From assembly GCA_963575745.1 (NCBI GenBank), contig CAUYUJ010000161.1, forward strand, positions 62,001-117,414: a stretch of DNA of 55,414 nt, written 5' to 3'. The notes under the pieces were generated by a model. It did not search any database. It was not told where the DNA came from and was given only the letters and a program-made list of their open reading frames with translations. Each line of letters starts with the position of its first letter. Position 1 is the stretch's first letter. A program made the translations under genes and the position numbers. Below, piece by piece: positions 35,584 to 46,345 of this stretch. The stretch is from Prorocentrum cordatum (lineage: Eukaryota).

Positions 35584-36046
35584 GAGGCTCACGCCGTTCC
35601 GCCAATCCCCAGATGAGAAGATGCGCGGTTTCCGACATCCTTTATTGTGTGCTGTTAGCCACGTCCCGTCGTGCTGCCTGCGTGCAGTTGTTTCTGGTAA
35701 GTTCCCTTCTTCCTCCGCGTCTGCTGCGGGGGTTCGAGAGCCTTTTAGGGGCTTCGGGGGCGCCCTCTGGGGGTCTCTTGGGGGCATCTCGGGCGAAGCA
35801 TGCGCGGCTTGGGCCATGTTGTGGGGTTCGCTCTCTTGGGCCTCTCCGGCTCCACTTCGGGCTTTCTGAAGTATCTTGTTGGATGTTCCAGGGGCCCTTT
35901 GGGCAGTCTCGGGGCCTTCTTTTTCTGGGGGGGGCTCGTCTTGGCCCAATCGAGGGGGCGTTCTCGGGCCGTCTCGTGGTTCAGAACACCGAACTGGCGA
36001 GAGTGCGAACGTCGTTGAAACACCAACGGGACACACGCACACACAC

Positions 36047-36077
<31 letters not shown>

Positions 36078-37392
36078 TACATACATACATACATACTACA
36101 TACATACCTACATACATACATACAAACATGCATGCATACATACATACATACATACGTACGTACGTACGTACGTACATACATACATACATACAGGCACACA
36201 TGCATGCATACATACATACACACACACACGTACATGCATGCATGCATGCATACATACATGCAGACATACATACATACATCAAAGGGGGTAGTCGGCCGTC
36301 TCGTGGTTCCGAACACTGAATTGGCGAGAGTGCGAGCATCATTGGCAAGCCAACGGGAACACATACACACGTACATGCATACATACATACATGCATGCAT
36401 GCATGCATGCATGCATGCATGCATACATTGATACATACATACATACATGCACGCAGACACACACACACATACATACATACATACATACATACATACATAC
36501 ATACATACATACATACACATATTTGCATATACACACAACATTCATGCACACATACAGGCATGCATCCAAACATACAGACATACAGACATACATACAGATA
36601 CACCCATGCATACATACATGCATACCTGCAAACATACATGTATGTACATACATACATACACACATACATACATGCGTACGTACGTACGTACATGCATGCA
36701 TCTATACATACATACACCTGTATGCATGCATGCATACATACATACACAAGTACGCACGTATGTACGTACGTGCGTGCAGCTTTACCTACATACACACATA
36801 CATACAATCCAGTCCAACCCAATACAAAACACTACAATACATGCATGCATGCATGCATGCATGCATGCATGCATGCATGCATGCATGTATGTGTGTGTAT
36901 GTACGCATGTCTACATACATGCATGCATACGTACGTGCGTACATGCATGCATTCTGGCATACATGCAGACAGGCAGGCATACATACGTGTGTGCTTATAT
37001 ACATCTATGTACATACACATGTACATACGCAAACTGTGTTGGCATCTTGAGGCCGGCGTGTGCGTCTGTTCGGGCCTTCTTCAGGCGATTTCCAGGCTTC
37101 CCGAGCCGTCTTGAAGCAATGCTGAGTGTGTTGAGGCCTCGCTGGCGCGTTGAAGCCCTTCTTGAGCTGTCTCAGATGACATTCTGGACAGTTCGGCGGC
37201 CGCGGGTACGCATTTGGAGGCTCCGAGGACCAACGAGGTGCACCAGGGAGCTCGTTCACCCGCCCCCCTCCCCCCCTGCACGCCCACCCCTCTAACGACA
37301 TTTTGGACTCCAGGGGAGGGGAAAGGAGGGAGGGGGGACAGCCAAGTGTTAAGCACGCCTGTTCACCCCCAGCCCGCGGGTGTCGGTGGATC
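35584..37392 (-). mobile_element. Helentron/HINE-like family G-related element, copy 2, with (ACAT)n/(GCAT)n interior
   Basis: Left end gaggctcacgccgttccgccaatcccc resembles 4849-4874. Right end cacgcc...gggtgtcggtggat resembles 6612-6641. Contains ctcttggg units and a 70-bp unit duplicated at 35967 and 36294. Confidence 0.45.
36030..37030. repeat. (ACAT)n/(GCAT)n/(ACGT)n tetranucleotide microsatellite
   Basis: Direct reading. Confidence 0.97.
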
Positions 37393-37967
37393 TGCTATTG
37401 CTCTTGATCTCTCGATGCCCCTCACCCGCTATTCCCGCCGTCGGTTTTGATAGAAGGGCCCGTGGAAAGTTTCATCGACGATCGTGCCGCGCACGAAGGA
37501 CAAACACATGTATCACCAGTTACGGTCGGACCGAGGTATAAGGTCGAGGTCGGTTCGGGGAGGGTACCATAATGTCCTTCGTGCTTGTTAGATGTTCTTG
37601 TGCATCCTGGGGGAGGGCACCCTCGAATGTTTGTCAGTTTGGCCAACGGAGGGTCACATGTTCTTGAAGGATGTTCTTCTGTCCTACATTCAAAACGCAA
37701 AGTAAGGGTAATATAATTCCCAGGGTTACCCTTGCATCCTTCCCCTTCAGCCCAACCTATGCCGCTTTCGTTGGCCGCGCCCCGCTCGCAAAGTAACGAC
37801 GTGGCCTTACAAGGCCCTTGCATCCTTATCGTGCGTCCCTATGATACGGGTTGACTGTAGGTCCAGCCGTATCATCGATATAGTAGTGGTAGCGGAGCAA
37901 AGGTTCCTCGTGGAGCCTTTCGGAGCGCCGTGCCGCATTCCGTACCCACTTCGCCGGTGTTTGCATC

Positions 37968-38235
37968 GAAGTACCCCCGAGGGCCCCCCAGGGCTTTCCA
38001 GTACCCCCCACTGCCCCCCAGTGCCCCCCAGTCCACTCCAGTGCGCCCCAACACGTCCCAGTACCCCCCAGTACTCCCCATCACCCCCAGTACCCCCCAG
38101 TACCCCGAAATACTCTCCATTGCGCCGCAGCACCCCCCAGTACCTTCCAGAACCTCCTGGACCCCCCCGCACCCTCCAGCACCCCCCAGCACCCCCCAGG
38201 GCCCCCCAGGCCCCCCCCAGTACCCCCCAGCACCA
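37968..38235. repeat. ~10-bp minisatellite (gtacccccca)
   Basis: Direct reading. Confidence 0.85.
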
Positions 38236-39834
38236 GCCGAGCGGTTCCCGTACACATCTCACGTTGGTGATGACAGTAGTTCCGTTGTACGTCCTCGGGT
38301 ATTTGAGGCCGGTTGTGCCGCCCATCAGCACAAACACAACGTTTCCGACCTGTTAACGAGGTGCCTGCATTGCCGACTGCGCCGGCCACATCTACCCCGA
38401 CTCTTTCGGGGATGGTTGTGCCGTGGACGTATGCTACGATAAATCTGGCTTCGTTAAACTGGCAGTACCGCCAGATTTCATATCGAATACATTGGTTACA
38501 TAGAGGTTGGCCGCGCCGCCCACATTAACGATTTGATGTTCACCAACATGATCGGCAATAGTCATTCGGACATTTGAACCAGATCAAGTTGGAGTTTCGA
38601 CCAAGCGCGATGGAGATGTTACATTATGGATGCCAACTTGTGGAAACTCAGAGATACGTGGAATTTCCGCAACGATTGGCACCACATCGATCGCGCAAGT
38701 TACAGGGGGCGGCTCGGCCAGCAACGCGCAAAATGGAGGCACGCGGGGTTCACCCGCCCAGACACGACAAATTGGAGATCTCATCATAGTGGAAAGCTGA
38801 CGGAACTGCTGAGGGATCGACAACGCGCGCGCACGCCCCCGCGGTTGCTCGAACAGTGGAGGTCAGTGCAGCAGGCCGATGCGCTTGAGTCGCAGTCGAC
38901 GACGGGGCGATCTGAGACGAGACGAGGCGAGCGCATGACAGGTCGCCAGGTTCGAGACCCGAACACGCTCGACGACGCGGCAGGCTGGCCCCTGCAGCCC
39001 ACGAGCAGGCTCAAGGCAGAGCGACACGAGCACGCCATTGGCAGCATGCCCCACGAGCATTGCAGCTTGGCTCGCGCCCGAGGCCCGGCGGCGCACTTGC
39101 GCGTGCGCGGGAGAGAATTCGTGCCACCCGCCGCTGCGATTGCTGCATTCATCTCCCACATCCACGTCGGTCGGGCCAGACATGTCACCATCATTGCGCG
39201 GAGGGCGCTCCGCCAACTCGGTGGAAGACCCCGCAGAGGACGAGGGCGACGACGACGGTCGCCAGGGCCACGCCGACGACAGACGTGCGCTCAATGCGTT
39301 CAGCGCGGGGTCCGAGGAGCAGGGCGCGGACGTCGCGAAGTTCCCGGCAACGACGACGCAGCGCTGGTCGAGGCGGCGGCGGCGCCCGGCCATCGCCGCG
39401 CAGGCCGAAGCCGCGGGCCCGCGTGAATGCAGGCATCTGGCCATGAGAATGATCACGGCCGACGAGCGCGAGCTTCCATCGACGCAATCTGGGGGGGGGG
39501 GAAATTGGAATCATAATTTCGCATTGCGCACGTGTCATGTCATTTGCGCACATGTCATGCCCCAGACAGCCCCGAGCAGTCACATGGCGCAGCGCGCGCG
39601 CGCCGAGCCGACGTGCGCGACAAACTCGGTTTAAATTCTGCGCCGCTTGGATCGCGCCTGGGCGGCGGCCCTGCTGCGCCCCTAATTTAGTAAAGAGTGG
39701 CGCGCCCGAGTGTCCGACCATCCGACCCGAGCGAGTGCCCGATGGGTCTCAATTTTTCTCAATTGTCATAGGTGGTGCAAATTCACGCGCCGAGTGCACC
39801 CCGATGGCGGTCTAAAGCGGCCTCATAGGTCTCG

Positions 39835-41125
39835 GAGCCGAGCGCGCCCGCGCGTATTGCAGCTTCTCACAGCGACGCGAAACCCACGGCGCCGAGCGCA
39901 CGCGCGTACTTCGCGCAGTCTGAGAGTGCTCCGAAACCATGCGCGCCGAGCGCATCCGCGCGTTTCACTGAGTCTCAGAGCGCCGCGAAACCCGCGACGC
40001 CGTGCGCACCCGCGCGTCTCGCGCGGACTCGCAGCGACACATAAACTCCCGACGCCGAGCGCATGCGCGCTTAGTGCTCCGAAACCCGGCGCGCCGAGCG
40101 CGTCCGCGCGTTTCATTAAGTTTCAGAGCGCCGCGAAACCCGCGGCGCCGAGCGCACCCGCGCGCCTCGCGCGGTCTGACTGCGACAGTAAACTCTCTGC
40201 GCAGAGCGCATCCGCGCGCTTCGCGCGGTCTCAGAGTGCTCCGAGACCTTGCGCCCGGCGCATCCGCGCAGTTCAGCAAGTTTCAAAGCGCCGCGAAAGC
40301 CTTGGCGCCGAGCACATTCGTGCGTCGAGCGCGGTCTCACGGCGCCGCGAAATCTTCGGCGCCGAGCGCATCCTCGCGCTTCACATTGTCTCTGAGTACT
40401 CCGAGACCTTGGGCGCCGAGCGCATCCGCGCGCCTCGCGGGGTCTCTCGGCGCCGCGAAACCCTCGGTCCCGGGCGCGCCCGCTCGTCTCACGCGGTCTG
40501 ACAGCGACAATAATTTGTCGGCGCCGAGCGCAGCCGCGCGCTTCACGCGGCCCCAGCATCCGCGCGTTTCACTGAGTCCCAAAGTGCCGCGAAACCCTCG
40601 GCTACGAGCGCGCCCGCGCGTCTCGCGCGGTCTCGAAGCGCCGCGAAATCTCCCGCGCCGAGCGCTTCGCAATTCCGAAACCTTCGGCACCGAGCGCATC
40701 CGCGCGTCTCGCGGGTCTTCACGGCGCCGCGAAACCCTCGGTCCCGGGCGCGCCCGCTCGTCTCACGCGGTTTGACAGCGACCTTAAATTTTCGGCGCCG
40801 AGCGCATCCGCCCGCTTCACGATGTCTCAGGGCGCTCCGAAACCTTGCGCCCAGCGCACCCGCGCGCTTCACTAAGCTTCAAAGTGCTGCGAGGGCCTTG
40901 GCGCCGAGCGCGCCCGCGCGTAGAACGCGGTCTCGCAGCGCCGCGAAATCTTCGGCGCCGAGCGCATCCGCGCGCCCCACGCGGTCTCTGAGTACTCCGA
41001 GACCCCGGGCACCGAGCGCATCCGCGCGCATCGCGGGGCCTCGCTGCGCCGCGCAACCTTCGGCCCCGAGCGCGTCCGCGCGCCACGCGGCGAAATCTTC
41101 GACGCCGAGCGCATCCGCGCGCCTC
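39835..41125. repeat. ~53-bp degenerate tandem satellite (gcgccgagcgcatccgcgcg...gaaacc), ~24 units
   Basis: The core gcgccgagcgcatccgcgcg recurs throughout with alternating spacers. Confidence 0.9.
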
Positions 41126-42432
41126 GAGCCCTCTCGGGGAACCCTTAGGAGCCCTGGGACGCCTCTTGGGGCCATCTTGGAGGCCATCGATCAACGGGGG
41201 GGGTCCAATGCCCCCCCTGGGGCCATCAAAATCACCGAAATGGGCTCAAAACATTGGTATAATCAATGACTTTGGCCTTCTCGCCAAGACCATCTTGGAC
41301 GCTCTAACGGCCCGCGGGCCCCCCGAGCAAAAACCCAGGAAGGGAGAGGGGGGGGGACCTACCGGAAAGAAATATGTTTTCGGAAGAGGAAAGGAAGCTA
41401 TCGTTTGGTCACCTTGGCCCAGTGGGCTGTGGGGATTGCTTCCCCCAAAACCGTCAGGATTCCAGCCGACGCCGACAATGACGCGTTTCGACCGTCGGAA
41501 TAGCGCTTCGGCAGACGAGAGGGAAACCTGCGCGCGCGTTGCGGCGGGCCGGGCTTGCTCGCGGCAGCCGAGACGGAGGGCGGCGCGTAGCGTCGCTGGA
41601 CGTGGGGAGGTCGATGGTCCGGGGCCCACACATGCGCCGCCAGCGCGGCCTGCTTTTGTTAGCTATGCAAGTTGATTGGGCTACTGTTTCGGCGGTGGAT
41701 AGCAAGGCGTGCCGAATCACGCGACGACCGCAAGTCGTTTGCGCGGCCCCATTTGGGCGCGCGGCTCCCTGCGCAGAAAACGACCCATTAACGTTGTGCA
41801 TTTTGAGGGTTGGCTTATCAAGCTTAAATTATGGTAAGGGGGCGTTGTTTTGAATGCCCCCCTCCCCCCGGATGACACTGGAGTATTTGGCAGCATGTAT
41901 TCTCGACCGAACGAGGCCGCCATCTGCGTGCATGACCACGTGACATGTATGTTCGCTTGGCGCGGGCAGACAATGACGGCCCCTGTCTGGGCCGTCGCGC
42001 ACATGTTTGCGGAGCCCCACCAGCCCATCCAGAAAGGATGTCCAGACGAGATTCTTCGATCAGGGATATGGAGGAGAACGCAGTGGAATAAAGGGCTGGG
42101 TAAGACGTCTGTCATACCCAAGAGGAGGAGGATGGAGGAGGAATCGGAGGAACGGGAGCAGGGAGATGGGGCCGGGGAGGAGGGAGGAGGGAGGAGGAGG
42201 ATTGCGGGTGAGGAAGAGGAGGGGGGGAGGAGGAGGAGGAGGAGGAGGAGGAGGAGGAGGAGGAGGAGGAGGAGGAGGAGGAGAGGAGGAGAGGGAGGAG
42301 AGGAGGAGAGGAGAGGAGGAGAGGAGGAGAGGAGGAGAGGACGCGAGGAGGCGAGGAGGCGAGGAGGAGAGGAGGAGAGGGAGGAGAGGAGGAGAGGAGA
42401 GGAGAGAGGAGGGAGGAGGGGAGGAGGAGGAG

Positions 42433-42463
<31 letters not shown>

Positions 42464-43847
42464 GAGGAGGAGGAGGAGGAGGAGGAGGAGGAGGAGGAGG
42501 AGGGAGGAGGAGGAGGAGGAGGGAGGAGGAGGAGGAGGAGGAGGAGGAGGAGGAGGAGGGAGGAGGAGGAGGAGGAGGAGGAGGAGGAGGAGGAGGGGGA
42601 GGGGGAGGGGGAAGAGGGGGGGAAGAGGGAGGAGAGGAGGAGGAGGAGGAGGGAGGAGGAGGAGGAGGAGGAGGAGGAGGGAGAGGAGGAGGAGGAGGCG
42701 GAGGGGAGGAGGAGGAGGAGGAGGAGGAGGAGGAGGAGGAGGAGGAGGAGAGGAGGAGGAGGAGGAGGAGGAGGAGGAGGAGGAGGAGGAGGAGGAGGAG
42801 GAGGAGGAGGAGGAGGAGGAGGGGGAGGGGGAGGGGAAGGCAGGGGGAGGGGGGTAGGAGGGGGAGGGAGAGGGGCAGGGGGAGCCTGTTGGGGCCTCTC
42901 GGGGGGTCCATTGGGAGACTCTTCTTGGAAACCTCTTGAAGGCTTCCTGGGGCTTCCTGGGGCCTCCTGGGCGCCTCTTGGGGCACTTTCGGGAGCCATC
43001 TTGGAGCCATCTTGGAGGAGACTGATCAAAGAAGGGAGGCTCAAGTAGGCTCCGCCCCCACAAGGCCAACATAGGCCCAATTCCCAAGGAAACTCAATGA
43101 TTTGTGCTTTCTCTCCGAGGCCATCGTGGACGCTCAAACAACCCGCGAACCCCCCCCACCTTCAGACCCAGGGGGGGAGGGTAATTCCCTCCTCGAAGCG
43201 GACGGAGGGGGCTGGAAGCGGAGACCCGTTGAGCCAGTTGCGCCCTAAAAGGGTTGGTGCAACTGCCGCCTGGTGGCGGCGTATGTCTGCGGGCACCGGA
43301 GATGCCGGAAACTGGAGCATATACATTACCAGTGGCGGGCGGTTTTCAATCCCAGGACTTTTTTGAGGTTCGGGGACGACGCTGGGGTGGTGTGGTGTAT
43401 ACTTCTTCCCCCGTTTTCCCACGGAAAGAACGAACAATGTATACACCAGGATCCCGTGTACACCAGAAGCCGCGCTCCTGTGCGAATTTCGGCGCAGGGT
43501 CGGGAAAATCGTCGGTGTATAGAGTTCGTTCCCCTAAGATCAAGGGCGCCCTCGAGGGCGCGAAGTTATTCTCGCTTCGCGGTTCGGCTCCGATTCTTCC
43601 TCCTCCTCCTCTTCTCCCCTGGGAGGCGGCGCGAGAGCGCGAAGTTGGGAGCCCTTGAAGATGGGCCAGCCCCACCCCTCCTTGCCCGCACTGCCCCGTC
43701 CAGGTTGAAGATTCCCGGTGCGCGGCCCCGCGGGGGAGCGGGGCGCGGGGCCGTGCACGCGCCCCGCCCGTGCGGGCTGCAGGGGGGGGGGGGTCGGGGC
43801 GCGGTGCCGCCGCGAGCGGTGCTCGCCACCAGTGGCAGCCACTTCCC

Positions 43848-44011
43848 TCGATTAGGGGGCCACGTGCGAACCCTACCCCTACCCCCCACGATCTTTGAGA
43901 GGGGGGGTGGGGGTTCACTTCGCGCGGGAGCGCCCGAGCGAAGTGAACCCCCCCCCTCCCCCTCAGAAATCGTGGGGGTAGGGGTAGGGTTCGCACGTGG
44001 CCCCCTATCGA
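43848..44011. mobile_element. Near-perfect 164-bp palindromic (foldback) MITE
   Basis: tagggggccacgtgcgaaccctacccctacccccacgat...gggttcacttcgc / gcgaagtgaaccc...atcgtgggggtaggggtagggttcgcacgtggcccccta. Confidence 0.85.
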
Positions 44012-44334
44012 TGCTCCTCCTGCGGCTGATTTTTGGCCCGAGGATCTTGGCCTCGCTCGGACGTGCGCATTTTTTTCCCGGCGAGGACCATCGAGGACCA
44101 TCCTTGGCCATCGAGCAGAACAAAAAGCGCACGAAACCGAAACACGCACGGGAAATGGACGTCCGAGCGACGGCAAGGGATTGGCCTCGCTCCGACCCGC
44201 TCGGTGCTCCGGTTTAGCGGGTTGAGCACGCCAGTCGCCACATCAGTCAAGCCGCTGCCAGTCTGAGCGATCCCACGACCGAGCTACAGAGACCTCTGGT
44301 GGAACAGAGGGGCAGGCCGGGGAGGGCAAGTCTT

Positions 44335-44504
44335 GGGCGACGCAATCTATACATATCCACTGCTCCCTGGCCAGGCCCATCCTGAACCCAGGAGCTGTGT
44401 ATACGCCCTCCTGGCCAAACCAGGAGGGCGTGGCGTATACACAGCTGCTGTGTTCAGGATGGGCCTGGCCAGGGAGCAGTGGATATGTATAGATTGCGTC
44501 GCCC
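44335..44504. mobile_element. Near-perfect 170-bp palindromic MITE, PIF/Harbinger(Tourist)-like ends GGGC...GCCC|TAA
   Basis: gggcgacgcaatctatacatatccactgctccctggccaggcccatcctgaac is mirrored exactly at the right end. Confidence 0.85.
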
Positions 44505-44588
44505 TAAAGTCAAAGGGACAGAAGGGGAAGGGAGCCAGGCTGGAGCAGCGCGAGGGCGGGGCGGGCACCCGCTGTTCGATCTCCCGAG

Positions 44589-44700
44589 GACGTTTGGCAG
44601 CCCCGATTTTGTGGCCAAGGCGGGCTCCGAGGGTGCGCTCAGGGCCGCATTCGAGAACCTCGCGGCCTGCATATTTCGGGCCCACGTCAGGGCGAAATGA
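44589..44700 (+). CDS. TPM-domain gene, exon 9 (last, unless it splices at CGG|GC near 44679)
   Basis: (R)TFGSPDFVAKAGSEGALRAAFENLAACIFRAHVRAK*. Phase-2 start matches exon 8 and resembles the TPM C-terminal helix. Confidence 0.7.
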
Positions 44701-44734
44701 GGGGGGGGAGCTGGGGAAAGCTGATTGGACTGCG

Positions 44735-45200
44735 GCAGTGTGTTTCGTATCGGTGCCCAAACCACTTTTCCTGCCATCATTGTTCTCCCGCGCTTTCGAA
44801 CCATGCTCATAATCATGGGGCGATCCCCACTGCTGAGTTCGAGGGGAGTGGGCCTACGTGTCTCTGGGGCAAAGATATTCTGAGTAATCCGGGTGGTTCA
44901 ATACGCCCCTCACGCCAGAAGAGTTGCCTGATGCATCCGAATGAATGCCCACATGTGGGACTATGGTACATTTGAGTGGCAGCGCCATGGCTGCCCGTTC
45001 CAACCCACAGCGCCACCAGTTGTGCATTCGAGTTTGCATGCATTGGGCGAGCGATATTTGCAGGACAGGCAACGTGCACGTTCAGTTCCGTGAGGCTGGG
45101 GAACACACATGCTTGCGGCCCCACATCGTGGCAGCCCACTGCTGTGGGTGGCGACTGTTCAGGGGGGCGCAGCAGGCCGTGACGTGTGACACCTCGTGTC
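44735..45200 (-). pseudogene. DIRS-like RT-connection/RNase H remnant
   Basis: HNWWRCGL...VGIHSDASGNSSGVRGVL, then in another frame MAGKVVWAPIRN. This resembles the DIRS pattern WW...TDAS..G.G...GxxV...DN. Confidence 0.4.
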
Positions 45201-45344
45201 TCGAGGCCTCGGGGAGCCGCAGCACGTGACACACCCTTCCGCATCGTGTCGGCGGTTCCCGTCTCGTCGCCGTCGTCGTCCATCCTCTGATTAGGTGGTG
45301 AGACACGCATCATGACTTATCATTTGTACGGTAGGAGGCGATAG

Positions 45345-45765
45345 AGTCAATGCACCCCTTCCGCACCACCAATCATTCGCCCTGCCTGCTCTCTCTCCTT
45401 GCGCGCGCTGCCTGCCTGCTGTACTGACTGACTACTTCTGCTTCCGCAGCTATACTACTGTGGCTCTAGGCAAACGGAAAAGGAGCGAACCTGCGGCGCG
45501 CGCGCGTGCGTCGGCCGGTGGGCCGGCCTCCTCCCTTCAATGTTACTTTAGTGTATGCTTGACGGCACTATCCCTTCTTACCCATGTCATCTGCGGAGCC
45601 CACTGACCATGAGATACTGTCGGAACGTATTGCAGGGATTATGAATATCCAGGCAAAAGATTGGTTATCAGCCGAACGACGGCGCAGCCGTTCGCTTCGC
45701 AGAGCATGAGATCGCAAGAAGGAGCGTTCGGACGAACAGAAGACCGAATACCTTCCGAGCGTAAC
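45345..45765 (+). mobile_element. Copy 2 of the 29867 element (3'-truncated)
   Basis: Colinear alignment by eye. It retains the ATG of MSSAEPTDHEILSERIAGIMNIQAKD. Confidence 0.65.
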
Positions 45766-45794
45766 GAAAGTAGAGGCGCCGCCTCAGGCTTACT

Positions 45795-46345
45795 TCTGGC
45801 CTCTGAGGCATGGGCTCTCTCGCCCTCACCGCGGCGCTTTTTGGCCAGAGCAGCTACACGAACCATTTCGTGTCCCGTCCCGGTCGTGCCGCCCTACTAT
45901 TGGCCTCTGAGGCATAAGCTCTTTCGCCCTCCCCGCGGCCTACTATTGGCCAGCGCGGATGGACGGGCCATCAAGTGCCCCGCCATGGTCTTTCCACCTC
46001 AAGCTTAATATTGGCCTCTGAGGCATGGGCTCTTTCGCCTTCTCCGCGGCCTGCTATCGGCCAGTGCGGACAGACGGACCATCAAGTGCCCCGTCATGGC
46101 CAATCTACCTCAAGCCCACCCTTGGCCTCTGAGGCTTGGGCTCTCCCGCCCCCCCCGCGGCCTGCTATCGGCCAGCGCGGACAGTCGGGCCACCCAGTGC
46201 CCCGTCATTGTCAATCCACCTCGAGCCTATCATTGGCCTCTGAGGTTTGGGCTCTCCGGCCCCCCCCGCGGCATACTATTGGCCAGCGCGGACAGACGGG
46301 CCATAAAGCGCCCCGTCCAGATCTTTCTGCCCGAGGCCTGCCATT
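45795..46345. repeat. ~111-bp tandem repeat, 5 units
   Basis: tggcctctgagg at ~45797, 45901, 46012, 46123 and 46234. Confidence 0.92.

Noticed and set aside
29867..45765. The 420-bp direct repeats as LTRs of a 16-kb retrotransposon
   Set aside because: No TG...CA ends, PBS or gag-pol between them, and host exons 7-9 lie in the interval.
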